Shown here: positions 47,532 to 60,176 of the stretch, in pieces
Layout: each line of letters opens with the position of its first letter
Position numbering within the stretch: the first letter of the stretch is position 1
Assembly: GCA_028023455.1 (NCBI GenBank)
Contig: JAQFVV010000002.1
Span: forward strand, 23,064,001 to 23,128,000
Length of the DNA stretch: 64,000 nucleotides
Reading direction: 5' to 3'
Origin: Epiperipatus broadwayi
Taxonomy: Eukaryota; Animalia; Onychophora
The notes under the pieces: model-generated
Seen by the model: the letters and a program-made list of their open reading frames with translations, nothing else
Database searches by the model: none
What the model was told of the DNA's origin: nothing
Made by a program: the position numbers and the translations under genes

Positions 47532-50500
47532 TATTATAGTTCTCCTTTCCCTCAGAAGTGGATTTTTCCAGATTCCTTCTTTATCTGATCGAATTGAGCA
47601 TTGATTGGTTGATGTAAGCTAAACACTTATCCAACGATTAGTATAGGTCAATAAGCAATGATGATCTTTGAATAAGAATGCTCCAGTGATGTCAGGGATC
47701 TGGCTATAAATAGTCAGCCTTTTGGAGGAAAGTCAAAGACGTCTGTCTAACCTACAAAGACAGTATGCGTTCTCCGGGACAAGCCCTGCTAACCTAAACA
47801 GTGATAGCAATATGTTATTTGTCCACGCAGCTAGGCAAGTCCACATAAGGACCAGATGCTGCTAAGACTACTGCCGACTCTGGGTAAGCTGTCTGGCACA
47901 GTGGAAGTCATGCTCGCTACCCATGAGGCAAGCTATTAGGTGTAGCTGGAAGCAGTAAATGTTTAAGACTCGGATCCAGGAGTCCACAGCAGAACTATTA
48001 TTCTGTATTAGATATATACGTAAATCAAATATTATATTTAATTAAAAGACTGATGCTAGTATTGTTTTCTGTAGGTTGGGAATCCAGACCAAACACAACA
48101 GATTTTGGTGCGGTGGTCAGACAAAAGAATTTTTTTTTTTTTCCCCTACGGTTGGAAAAAAAATAAGAGCACAAACACGAGTGCACGCTTGTAGAGACAC
48201 TCGTTTAATTTTACAAATCGGTGATTATTAAATCACACATAAATATTGCCCAATTCAGCAGATTCTGACGCAGTACAACTAAAGAATTTTTTCCCCACGG
48301 CTGAAAAAAACAAATAACTGCCCAAGCTAACCGAGTTTGATGCAGTCAGACAAAAGTAATATTTTCCCCCACTTCTGGAAAAATAACAAAAAAAAAAAAA
48401 TACCCAAGTGTAAAGGGTTGTACCCATTCGTTAGTATTTGTGAAAACAAAACAAAAGCTGCTCAATCCAGCTAGATTTGACACAAATTAAAATATTTTCC
48501 CCCATGGCTGGGAAAATAAAATACCCAAAGATGCAATAATAGGCAGTTGCCGTATTTCCTTACTGGGATAATTAAATATCTCATTGCAATCTGAATAAAA
48601 AATAAATCTGGAATGTTTTTCCCCAAGATGGTTAAAGAAATTGACCGCGAACGCGATTGGTGGTACATAAACCAATCAAAATTTGGTCATTCTAAAAAAA
48701 ATAAAAAAACAGAAGCTCGTCCTAATGGAGTAAAAGTTCTGACAAAATAACAGTATCGAGTGGCAACTCATATTAAATAGAAAATAGATACTTTTCTCTT
48801 CTCATGCTATACCAGAGAATGGCTAATATAATTGGCTTGATGGAAGCTTTTGACCCAGTCTGCCCTGGACAAGCTACAAAGAGTGACTAATTTTTTATAT
48901 ACAGGCTATTTAGATTAAGAAGTCTGAAATAAAATTAGCCAACTGATGACAATAATCGGGTCCAGATGTATAGTATTCTAGTCTCAAGTTGGATCAGAAA
49001 CCTCGTCTGATTTGGATTTTGAGAAGGCATTGGCGATTCTCACAAAATACTTCTCCCCAAAATCACTAACAATAATGCAGGGATATTACTTCAATCTCTG
49101 TATCCAAGTGGAGGGCAAAAAGATTAGAGTTCACAATGTGAATCCAAGCATTGGCACTCGTGCGATTTCAAAGAGTTCTTAAATGAAGCACTCCGCAATC
49201 ATTTCATTTGTGATACGATCATAATTTAAGACCCAAATTATTAATGACACCGGATATAGACTGGCTGAAGCTCAAGCCATGCTGTCAGAATCTATAATGT
49301 ATCAAGTGAGGCCATTAAAAAAAATTAAATTTTAGCATTAAAAAAATTGAACAAAAGACCGAGTCGGTCAAGCATTCAGTTAGTTCAACAAGTGATAAGG
49401 ATTGTTATAAGTGTAATGAACCGATATTGTGTGTTCATTTTGCAAGTGAATCAGGCATGTAAGAGCTGCTTATCTAAAGATGAAAAGCAAGTAGCCAATA
49501 TGAAAATGAAAAAACCCATTCTGATATATACAAAGACAATCTTAACAAAAAGAAACAAGTTGCTTCTATAAACAATATCAAAAGCAATGAACCAGTATTT
49601 AAACACAGGATCTTCATTAATGATACGCCAATCACAATGGAGCTGGACACAGAGTTGGCAGTGTCCATTTGTCAAAAAGATCTAGGCTAGCATTAATAAA
49701 AATAACAATAATAAAAATAACAAGTATAAGCTGCATCCTAGCAGCAAGGACATCACAGATTATTAGGGCAAGAAAATAAAACTCTTGGGTTAGACAAGAA
49801 TCAAAGTGACGGAATCTATCAAAACTACACAGCTTCCACTGTTAGTAGCATCTGGAGATTATAGTAATTTATTAGGTTGTGACTGTTTCACTCACTTAGG
49901 GTTTGCAGTGACAAAGATCAACCAAGTCACAAAAATAAATAAAATTAAAGAATGATTACCTTGAAATTTTCAAAAAAGATCTAGGTCTGTATTTATGACA
50001 ACCAATTCACTTACAGCTGAATAAAGAGATAAACCTGATCAGTTGTCACTGCAGATCACTGCCACTGGTCTTGAGAGTGAAAGATAAGTCCGAGCTTGAA
50101 AGGTGGGAAGCAGAAGGGTAATAGAGCCCATATTGTATTCAGAATGGGCCACCCCAATAGTCCCAATCATCAAAGAAAATAGTGATGTGCGGATTATTGA
50201 TGCACGATTAACAATGCGATAGCATCGTATAATTATCCACCACCATCAGTTAAGCAAATCCTATTCACACTGTCAGGTAGAAGGGTTTTTACTAAAATTG
50301 AAACATGCATAATGATGAGGAAGCAAGAACATTAGCAGGGGCCCTACTTTATTGCTTGGATCCCTTGATAAGTTCAAAGCATCAGGCATAAGAATAAACT
50401 TGGATAAGTACATATTCGAATGGCATTCATCCTATTCAAAAGAACGTTATGGCAATTAAAAAAGCCAGAACACCAAGTAACAATAAAGAATTACAGTCCT

Positions 50501-52713
50501 AAAACTGAGGCAGCTGAACCACTATACAGGCTACTGAATAACAATCAGTCTGGAAGTGGGACAGTAATCACGATAATGCGTTTGAAAAACTGAAATGGCC
50601 TAATATCTGATACAGTGGTACTGGCACACTTTGATCCAGAAAAGGTGCTGGTACTAGTGCACAATGCACCACCATTAGGAACAAGAACGGTGTTATCTCA
50701 TAGGAATGATGATGGGTCATACTGCTCTATTATCTTTACATCAAAGTGTCTCGAAGGCTGAGAAAAATTATGCCCAGATTGATAGAGGCTCTGGCTTTGA
50801 TCAATGTCATTAAAAAATTTCATGACTATCTTTATGGTAGATCATTCATACTGCAAACGGATCTATTTGGGTATCTTTGCATCCGACAAAGGAATCCCTC
50901 AGCATGTCTCATCACGAATGCTGAGGTGTTAAACCATTAAACATCACATGATCACTATTTCTTATGCTAGCACATTCTGTTATTAACACAGGTAAAACTC
51001 TCCATACAGTAGTGCCACTCAGTGCTAACCGAAGTAATAAATGGAAGCCTGTGTGAATGCTGAGCTGGTTCAATTTTTTGTCAGGGTATATTTTACACTG
51101 CAATACATTGAGGGAAAACATCTTACCCATGTAGATGCATTGTCATTTTCTCGTAGAGGGTATCAGTGGCCAAATGGACCACAAATCACCTGGGTTTCTA
51201 AAAATTCAAAAATGGATCCAGCAGGGTTGGCAAATAAGAAACCAGAGGAGTTGCATCAAGCCTATTGGACATGCAGGCTAGAGCTCTCAATTGAAAATGG
51301 CTGTATTATCTAAGAATCCAGAGTAGTAACTCCCCAGCTGGACGATCCCCAAGTGCTCAACCTGTTACAAAATGGGCATCCAGGAATAGTCCGAATGAAG
51401 ATGCTAGCAAGGTCTTATGTATGGTGGCCAACTCTGATTATAGATATTAAGTCTACATCATTGCTAGCATTACAAAATGAATTACAGCAAAAGACAAAAC
51501 AGTTCACTGGTCTAAACCTGATGGCCCCTGGAATAGACTCCATTGGTCCATACTGGCCCATTCATATTCTAAGTGGCTAGAGGTAGTGCAAGTTCCATCA
51601 CTGCAGACTACAGCAACAATAGAAGTGGTTAGTAAGCTATTTATTACCCATGGCCTTCCTAAAACTATAGTCTCTTAATAATGGCATAGCATTTACTGCA
51701 GTGCTATTTAAAAACTTCTGTGACAATAATGGCATTGAGCTATAGTTTTCTGCCCTCCATTTCACCCTGAAAGCAATGGCCAAGCTGAGACATTGGTTCA
51801 AGAAACTAAAAAATTGCTCACAAAGATGGACACAAAAAGTTGGAACACCCGTACTGCCAGAATGTTGTTATCATGGCATTCTACACCAAGTACAGCAACA
51901 GGGAAAACTTCAGCTGAACTACTTAATAGAACTTTGCAAACTAACTTATCAGCTCTGAAACCTGATCCAAATGAGGGAAAACAAAAAAAGGACAATATCA
52001 AATTGCAAATAAGTAGGGACAAACATACTATGCGGAAGGTATAATGGATCCACTAAATGGATCCCAGCAGTTATAATTCAACAGAAAGGACTCACCCTGT
52101 AGTAGTCAAAACAGCAATGGATGTCAATATCGCCATCGGAATCAACTTAGATAGAATTATACAGATGCAGCCAAAATGAATGAATCTCCAGGGATAAGGA
52201 TTGCAAGCAAGGAGGACCAACAAACTGAAGATGGCAGCAAACCAGAAGAACCATCACAAAACAATTAGCCACACTCCAGTCCACCTGCATGACTACATTT
52301 TCTAGGGCTAATACTTATCCAGGAGAAGGGATGTTATAGTTCTCCTTTCCCTCAGTGGTGGACTTTTCCAGATTCCTTCTTTATCTGATTGGATTGAGCA
52401 TTGTTTACTACTAGCTGATGTACTGCTAAACACTTAGCCAATGATTAGTACAGGCCAATAAGCAATAATGATCGCTGAATCAGAATGCTCCAGTGAGGTC
52501 AGAAATCTGGCTATAAATGGTCAGCCTTAGGCAAGCTATCAGGTGTAGCTAGAAGCGGTAGATTGTTAAGACTTAGATCCAAGAGTCCACAATAAAACTA
52601 TATTATTCTGTATTAGATATATATGAAAATATAATAAATATTATATTAATTATAATACTGGTGCTAGTATTGTTTTCTGTAGGTTGGGTCTGTAATCCAG
52701 ACCAAACACAACA
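47532..52713 (+). mobile_element. Ty3/Gypsy (Mag/K02A2.6-like) LTR retrotransposon, degraded
   Basis: LTRs 47532-48100 and 52332-52713 (the 3' LTR lacks ~190 bp); flanks tttac/ttgac; PBS-like tggtgcggtggtcag at 48106-48120; PPT aggagaaggga at 52321-52331. Coding remnants: gag with CYKC knuckle, protease MELDT, RT EWATPIVPIIKE, RNase H remnants and integrase GHPGIVRMKMLARSYVWWP. Confidence 0.92.
50926..51054 (-). mobile_element. 129-bp insertion of the 455-nt hammerhead-unit family into Gypsy pol
   Basis: aaaccattaaacatcacatgatcactatt... matches 42585-42700 and 43894-43925; 10-bp TSD gaatgctgag (50916-50925 and 51055-51064). Removing it restores GIPQHVSSRML.W. Confidence 0.85.
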
Positions 52714-54084
52714 TTGACATACAACTAGATTTAAACATTTGCAATAGTTAATTGCATATAAAAAATTCATATTTATTATAGTTTAGCTTACTTATGTCCT
52801 GTTGTTCAGCCAAAGATGAACAGTAAAATTATTCAAACTTTGAATTTCCTTTCATCAGTTAACAGGCTGCAACTTTTACATATTTGCCATGTTGTTTCCA
52901 TTGTTCCCTTTCATCAGTTAACAGGCTGCAGCTTTTATATATTTGTCATGGAATTTCCACTCTCTTGTATATTGCTTTAATCCCAATTAATAAACAACTT
53001 GTGCCATTTCCAGCTCTCTTATAATTTGTATGATCATGGGATAATCTTTATAGCACTTTAGTACATTTGAATATAGATTTTCTTAATGGATGTCAGTTCT
53101 TGCTATATAGATATGATGCACATATTACATGTAAAGTCAGATTGTAATGATTCAATCAATCTAACTGCTTATTTATCTGTTTATTAATTTGTCTTGTTTA
53201 TTTCAGTTCTCTTTTTTAGCAAAAATTACTTTGATAATTACATCAGACTATTTCATTTTCTGATGATAAAGTAAATGGAGAATCCACAGTAGTTTCCTTA
53301 GAATCAGTAATGTGAGTCTTAAATAGACATACTATGCAATAAAAAAATTAATTATTACATAACATCCAATATCCTATTTCATAATGAATATTCTAAAGAG
53401 TGCTCAAGTGCTGTAATTGTTATAAATTTCATGTTTTTAATATAAGTTGGTAATTAAAATTGTGCCAACACACATATAACATAAAGATATATTTTTCGAA
53501 ACAAAAAAAAAAAGAAGCTATAGTTAGTTATTATTTGTATCAAGTATACATTTATTTACTACTCATTTCTTTTTTTAGCTTGTAATCTACTTAAATTAAA
53601 TATACTTTTATTTATTTAAACATGTTCTTAAATATTTATTGTAATTTATATTTAATAACATTTTATCTATTTTAATTTTCTTCTAAAAGTGTGATGAACT
53701 GGAATAATTTCAAATTATTTCAACATTTGTAATAAAATGAGAAATTTAAAAAAAAACTTTACTTTTAGTTTTTACCTTTTGCTGTTTACTTCTATATTAA
53801 TATAAAAAGCTTACTTTTAATTTTTCAAGTGTGTATAATTAAAACAAATTTGAAAATTAAGTTTTTTATTTTTTAATAGATGATAGCTAGTACAAAAACA
53901 AATAAATATAAATATATTCTAACTTTTGATAACAACCACAACATTACTAAGGCAAAAAGTGGATCACATTGAATTTTCTTGCAGTGAATGTAGATGAATA
54001 CATTTATTACATGTGCCTTTAAACCTTAATTTTGAACCAATCACTTCATCTATATGTTAATCAAATAAAAGTAAATATCTAGAA

Positions 54085-56590
54085 CAGGAGTCACCAAACT
54101 TTTTTGATTATCAACCCTCCTAAAAATCTTCAAACCTCTTGTCGACCCCCAGTGGTTTATTTATATGTAAAAAATAAAAAAAAGCTTTTATTATTTTTAG
54201 GCATTTAATCATTTTAATAAATTTTTTGATTGACAATCAGTGAGGTGAATGGGCTTGATGATTCTTTGAAAGATTAACAATATTTGGTTCAAAATTAGTA
54301 TGTTTTAGCTTTAAATCACCTCAGAATTAACATGACTGAAACCAGCTTCAACCATATATAAACTTGGAAATTTCAGCAAAAAAGGATATGCCATATCACA
54401 GTTTTGTGTATTTTGTGTTATATTTATATTCAACCAAAAATTGCTCAAAGTTAAATTTTTAAAAAGCATCTTTTGTTTCAAGATCAGCTAATAATTCAGT
54501 AACTTCATCTTGCAAGTTGATGTCAATGTTTTCAATTTGAGCAGAAAGTGATGCGATAATCTATTCTGGGATATCAATATTTTTCTTAATCTGAAAAGCG
54601 CAATTTAAAATCATCGCACAATTTTTGGAAATGATTTGTATTTATTTCCAAATCTTCATCTTTTATATGCAATTGTTGTAGATTTGAAAAGTACCGAAAA
54701 TCTTTTCATAATAATGAAGGTTTAAACAAATTTAATTTAACTTGGAAACGTAAAAGAATAATCCGAGCTTAAATAATTGTGACATTTTTTACCTTAGAGC
54801 CTTGTTTGATCATTGAATTTTTGCAAATAAGTCCACTAAGTAAAAAATGTGGTTCTTATGGTTTTTGCAGTTCATCATTCAGAAAAAATTTTATTTAGGT
54901 AAGAAATTCCATCGTAGAATCAAATAACTCATAGAATCAAAACAATCATCTGACTATGGTGTGTAAAAATAACTGGTTTAATAATTCATCATTTTTCTCA
55001 CAAAGTTTGGAAAACAGACTCAATTTAAGAAGTTGGGCCCTAATTTGATTAATAGATTTAATACAAAACTGTAAAGCATTATGCAAATCTGGACTGAGAT
55101 ATTTGCCACTAGGTGGGTTCTATGCAAAACACAGCGACTATTTAGGTAAGAAATTCCATTGTAGAATCAAATAACTCAATGAGCCTTTGTAGTCATGCAC
55201 CTCTAGACAACCATCTGACTTTGGTGTGTAAAAATAAAGTCATCATTTACATATGCAAACTGGACAGAAATATTTGCCACTAGATGAATTCTATGAAAAA
55301 CACAGTGAGTAGCATGTACACCAGGAACTTTTTCTTTAAAAAAAGTTGCAAAACCTTAGCAATGGGCTACCATAGCACATGCACCATCTGTGGCTACTGC
55401 TATTATATTGTTAAATGGAATGTCATATATATTCAAATATTCTTCTAAACACCAATATATTATCACACTTTTTCCATCACTTTCAAGATATTTAGCAAGT
55501 AAAAATTCACCAATGATTTGATATTTAATTTTACTAAAATATCTGATGTAAGCCATAAGAAGAGAAGAAGCATCAAAAACAGACTCATCAAGTTGAAAAG
55601 GAAAATGGCAATTTTTGAATTCTGAAATTACTAAATTTTCTATGACTTCAGCCATTTTGTCAATATATCATGTTACAGAATTTGCACTTAATGGTAAGCA
55701 CTTGAAAATACTAATAGTCTTTTTTCATTATATTTATAATGACATATTTAATTGTAGGTATAACTACATATTTTGCAATTGTGCATGAATTTCCCTTTTC
55801 CCTATATTGAGCGAAATCTTGTATGAGGCTATTAATCCTCCTTCAATTTCACTATAGCAGATGGCTTCATAAAACTTTTTATATTTGGTCAAATTGCAAA
55901 TTTTTCTTAGTTTTTTTTTTTTTTAAAAAAAAAAAAATCAAGATCTTGTCCTTTTTATCAGAATACTCTCTCAAGATGATCTTTCATTTTAGCTGCTTTC
56001 ATTGCATCATTTGTAAACATTTTCTCACAGAGAAGACACATACATATCATTTCATTTATTGGTGAAGGAATAAATCCAAATTTCAATAATCCTATGAATA
56101 TTATCGACATTTATTTTTTAAAAACTATCATTGCAGAATTAGTCCTATAAATAATAAAAAAAAATGAAGTTGGTCAGCAGATAGTATAATAATAGTAATC
56201 TTGCCTATTTTATTATATGTATAAATACCGATAATTACATAAAATATTAAATGAATAGCACCGCAAAAATGGCTATAAAGATGCGAATAATGTCAGTGTA
56301 ATGCTTGATATATACTACCCCATAGTGTGTTTTGGGTAACCAGAGCATGGGCTCGGCAATTTCTGCCATCCCTGTGCGACTCAATCCATATAAACGAGTA
56401 GGTAGCTATACCTAGTATTCAGTGGTGAGTTAGGTAATTTTTGCCAGCAAACAACTTGGTATTAAATTCATTGAAATAATATTCAATACATTATATATAT
56501 AATTATATTTGTGATTTTTTATCAATTTTTCCATCGATCGTCCCCCAATAATGTTATATCGATCCAGAGAGGTCGATATCAACCACTTTT
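54085..56590 (-). mobile_element. hAT (Charlie/Buster, ZBED5/8-like) DNA transposon relic
   Basis: ORF 55356-55655 with FQLDES...YIRYF...ATDGA.AM; terminus caggagtcaccaaactt preceded by atctagaa (Charlie-type target). The other TIR is not clear. Confidence 0.85.
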
Positions 56591-57818
56591 ATACACAAAA
56601 ATAAAAACAAGGAATGTATTATAGAATTAAATAGTCAGGTATTTTTGATGGAAGCACTGAATATATCATAGTTTGCTTATTACTGACTGAAGATGTGCAT
56701 TATTTATTTATTTACTAACATATAATTAATCATTTGGATACTATTGTGAATCTGCAATTCCCAAATATATTTATCAACATAGTAAGTTTTTACTCTTTCA
56801 AAACTGCCTATTATAATAGATAAATCTTATTCTTCTTTTTTTTTTAAAAAAAAAATCAAAGTAAAGATCAGCATATTATTTTATAATTTCATTAGCATGA
56901 AAGTTAAAATAGTAATGGTGGATCAATTTAATCAAAATACTCCTCAATTATTAGATAAATAGTAACATCTCACCTTTTTTTAAAAAAATTAGCTTCTGCT
57001 GAGTTGAAATATATATATTATATAAAAAGTTTTTGATAAAAAGAATAATAAATTTCTATAACATCTGGGGGAAAAGTTATAGTCAAAATCTTAAACATGA
57101 AACAACAAAATAATGCCATTAATAACATTTACAATTATTAATAATTCACTAAATATCAACATCATTATATGATTTTCTTATATACTTCTAAGCATTTACT
57201 ATAAGCTTGCGTAATTAATGTACACCAAGTAGTGTATTGCTATAATGTCCACAATTCCCAGAACAGTTTGATTTTTGCCTTCATCAATAAGAATGTATGA
57301 TTCAAATCAGAAATCCATGCATTTATACATAAAACAGTTAGCTGTTATTTCTTTGTACTAATCAAGCTAATAGACTAAATTTCAAAAACAAAAACAAAAC
57401 AACAACTATGTTTTGAAATCAAGCTAACTAGCCTGCCCAATTAACATAAATTTAACACCAGTTCAGTATTTATATATTAAAGATTATGCATGCCAACTGT
57501 AAGCTCCTTCAATCTATCTTTTGGCTAAAAAAGTTAATACCATTAAGAATATTACATAACTTTCTCTTAGGTTTACTCATATACTTCCAAGAGCAGTTCT
57601 CATTAGTCTAGAGCCATTTATTTTAAATCTGAGAAACAATGGACACTAGATGGTTATATAGACCTAAAGTTAGATCTATATAAGTAAATTGACCTGAGTT
57701 TAATACCATAACTTGAATCTTCCCTATATATATATAAAATGGTAAGTGAAATATAAATAAAACCAAATGATGCAGTTTGCTAAAAATTCCAGATGTAAAT
57801 TTATGGTTCTCATCTGAT

Positions 57819-59238
57819 CCTTCGTGTCAGCCGTGGGATGGCGCTATTTCTAACCAAAAACACATTAATATAACATTCCCGGGCTAGCGATTCTCTATTA
57901 ATATTGACTTCTTTTTTTTTTGTTTACAAAGTTTACTTTCTTTCTGAATTATTTTTCCCAAATAATATTTTTGACAATGGGATAATAATAGTTTTTTTAA
58001 TTTTTATTGACAAGAGAGTCTTTTTTGGTGTGTGTTCAAATAGTAATTTGTGATTTTTTAAATAGTATTACTGTTTTTTACAATTTGATTGACAAAATTA
58101 AAGAGAGAACTGTTTTTTTTAATGGATCTTTAAATAATAATTTATGTTACTTTTATAGGTTTACATTTGATTGCCGACAACAATTAGTGGGAGGGGTGTT
58201 TTTGTGTACAAGTAAATAATAATTTACGTTATTTTTATTTTACATTTGATTGCCGACAACAATTATTGGGAGAAGTGTTTTTTTTTTTCGTGTGTGTGTG
58301 TATGTTTAAGTTACTTTTATTGGTTTACATTTGATTGACAACCAATTTGACTTCCTTTCGTTTATAAATTATGGTTTTGGTTCTACAAATAAATATTTTT
58401 GTCAATGGGACAATAATATTTGTTGTTTCTTTAATTTTTATTGACAAGAGGGTGTTTTTTGGTATATGTTCAAATAGTAATTTGGATTACGTTTAAATAA
58501 TAATTTACGGTCTTACTTTTAATGATTTACATTTGATTGACACTAATTATTGGGAGGGATGTTTTTTTGTGTGTATGATTGTCGACAACAATTATTGGGA
58601 GAAGGGGTGTAACCATTTAAATAATCGTTTACGTTACTTTTAGTGGTGTACATTTGATTGACAATAATGAGTGTTTTTGGGTGATGATTAAATACTAATT
58701 TACGTTACTTTTATTTTACATTTGATTGCCGACAACAATTATTGGGAGAAAAGGGTTGTTTTTTGTGTATGTTTAAATAAAAATTTAAGTTACTTTTATT
58801 TGTTACATTTGATTGACAACCGATTTGACTTTCTTTTTTTCGCTTATAAATTTTTGTTACATTTGATTGACAACCGATTTGACTTTCTTTTTTTCGTTTA
58901 TAAATTATGGTTTTGGTTTCCCAAATAATATTTTTGGCAATGGAACAATAATGGTTGTTTCTTTCATTTTTATTGACAAGAGGGTCTTTTTTGGTGTATG
59001 TTCAAATAGTAATTTGGGTTACATTTAAAAAATAATTTACCTTACTTTTAGTGCTTTACATTTGATTGCCGACAACAATTAGTGGGAGGGGTGTTTTTGT
59101 GTACGATTAAATAATAATTTACGTTACTTTTATTTTTACATTTGATTGTCGACAACAATTATTGGGAGAAAGGGTAATAAATATAATTCTCAGATTTTTT
59201 TTGTGATATGTCCTTTAGGTTTTAGCTTTGACACGAGG
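57819..59238. repeat. Unclassified element containing a hierarchical minisatellite
   Basis: ~55-60-bp monomers (tttacgttacttt...tacatttgattgccgacaacaattattggga) inside ~430-540-bp higher-order units starting near 57955, 58381 and 58919. Ends ccttcgtgtca / tgacacgagg form a short imperfect inverted pair. Confidence 0.75.
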
Positions 59239-60176
59239 CTTCTAGATTAGATGGGTGATGGTTTCACTCTTCTAAATCATCATGTTCAAGGGAGTGGAAT
59301 GATCGGTGATGTACAGGGGTTCTAGCCACCCATCTAAATATCAGCGACGATCACAGGGTAATTTAACATCTTGTCAAGAATCCGAAGAACAAAAAAAGAT
59401 CTTTCTTTATCTATGTCCATTTCTTTTATATCCTCATGAAAATTAATTATGCATGTGTATGTTGAATACCACCCGCATTCTTTCTTCAAACTTTTATCTT
59501 TCTCTAGATTTTTGTTCTCAAAGTTCTTCTTTTTCTTTTTTTTTTTTTTAGTTACCATGACCATATTTAATTACCAATCTCTCCTTTGTAGAACTTCTAT
59601 CAGTATTTACAATCAGTATTTGCTTTTATTATTTAAACTTGCTCTTTTTTTTTTTATTGAATGAAAAGAAAAAAAATGTGTATTGCCTCAAGAAAAAGAA
59701 ATTTTCTAATTTTAATCCAATAAAATATTTATTCTATACATATATCAAACATCCTTTTATTTTATTTCCTTTATATTCATTTCAGTAGAATCTTCGAATT
59801 CAACTGCCAACACATCTTGCATGGTAGTAATATATTGTATGGAAAGAAAGTATTAGAAATAAACATTTTTCCATAAGCTCTGCTGAAAGAATTGTGGATG
59901 AGTGAAATGTGTTGCATGCCGAAGGAGAAAGGGGAACTATCGCACCCACCCACCCCCAGTAATATTATAAAGAAATAAAAAAAGGGTGGTCGTTAAATGC
60001 ACAAGTATTATAATTTATATAATGCCTGTATAGATTTTGTCAAAGCATTAAAAAAATAATTGAATGCTTGATTGCTCAGGAAATAAAAAGAAGTTTGAGC
60101 ATCAGTAGTGACAGAGATTCAGCCATGATTCAAATTCCTGATCTCCAGAATATGCCATTCTATCAATGTTCTAAAC

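Noticed and set aside
52848-52952. 59-bp tandem duplication containing CTGATGA on the minus strand
   Set aside because: No complementary stem II before GAAA; treated as a simple local duplication.
59334-59664. Poly-Lys / poly-Phe ORFs as a candidate calcineurin first exon
   Set aside because: Produced by a homopolymer tract; no calcineurin N-terminal motif (ERVVK, VPFPP).
60077-60120. ~35-bp similarity to 62960-63000 flanking the hAT element (aagaa.ttt.agcatcag.agtgacaga)
   Set aside because: Too long, too diverged and not adjacent to the termini to be an 8-bp hAT TSD; probably fragments of another small repeat.
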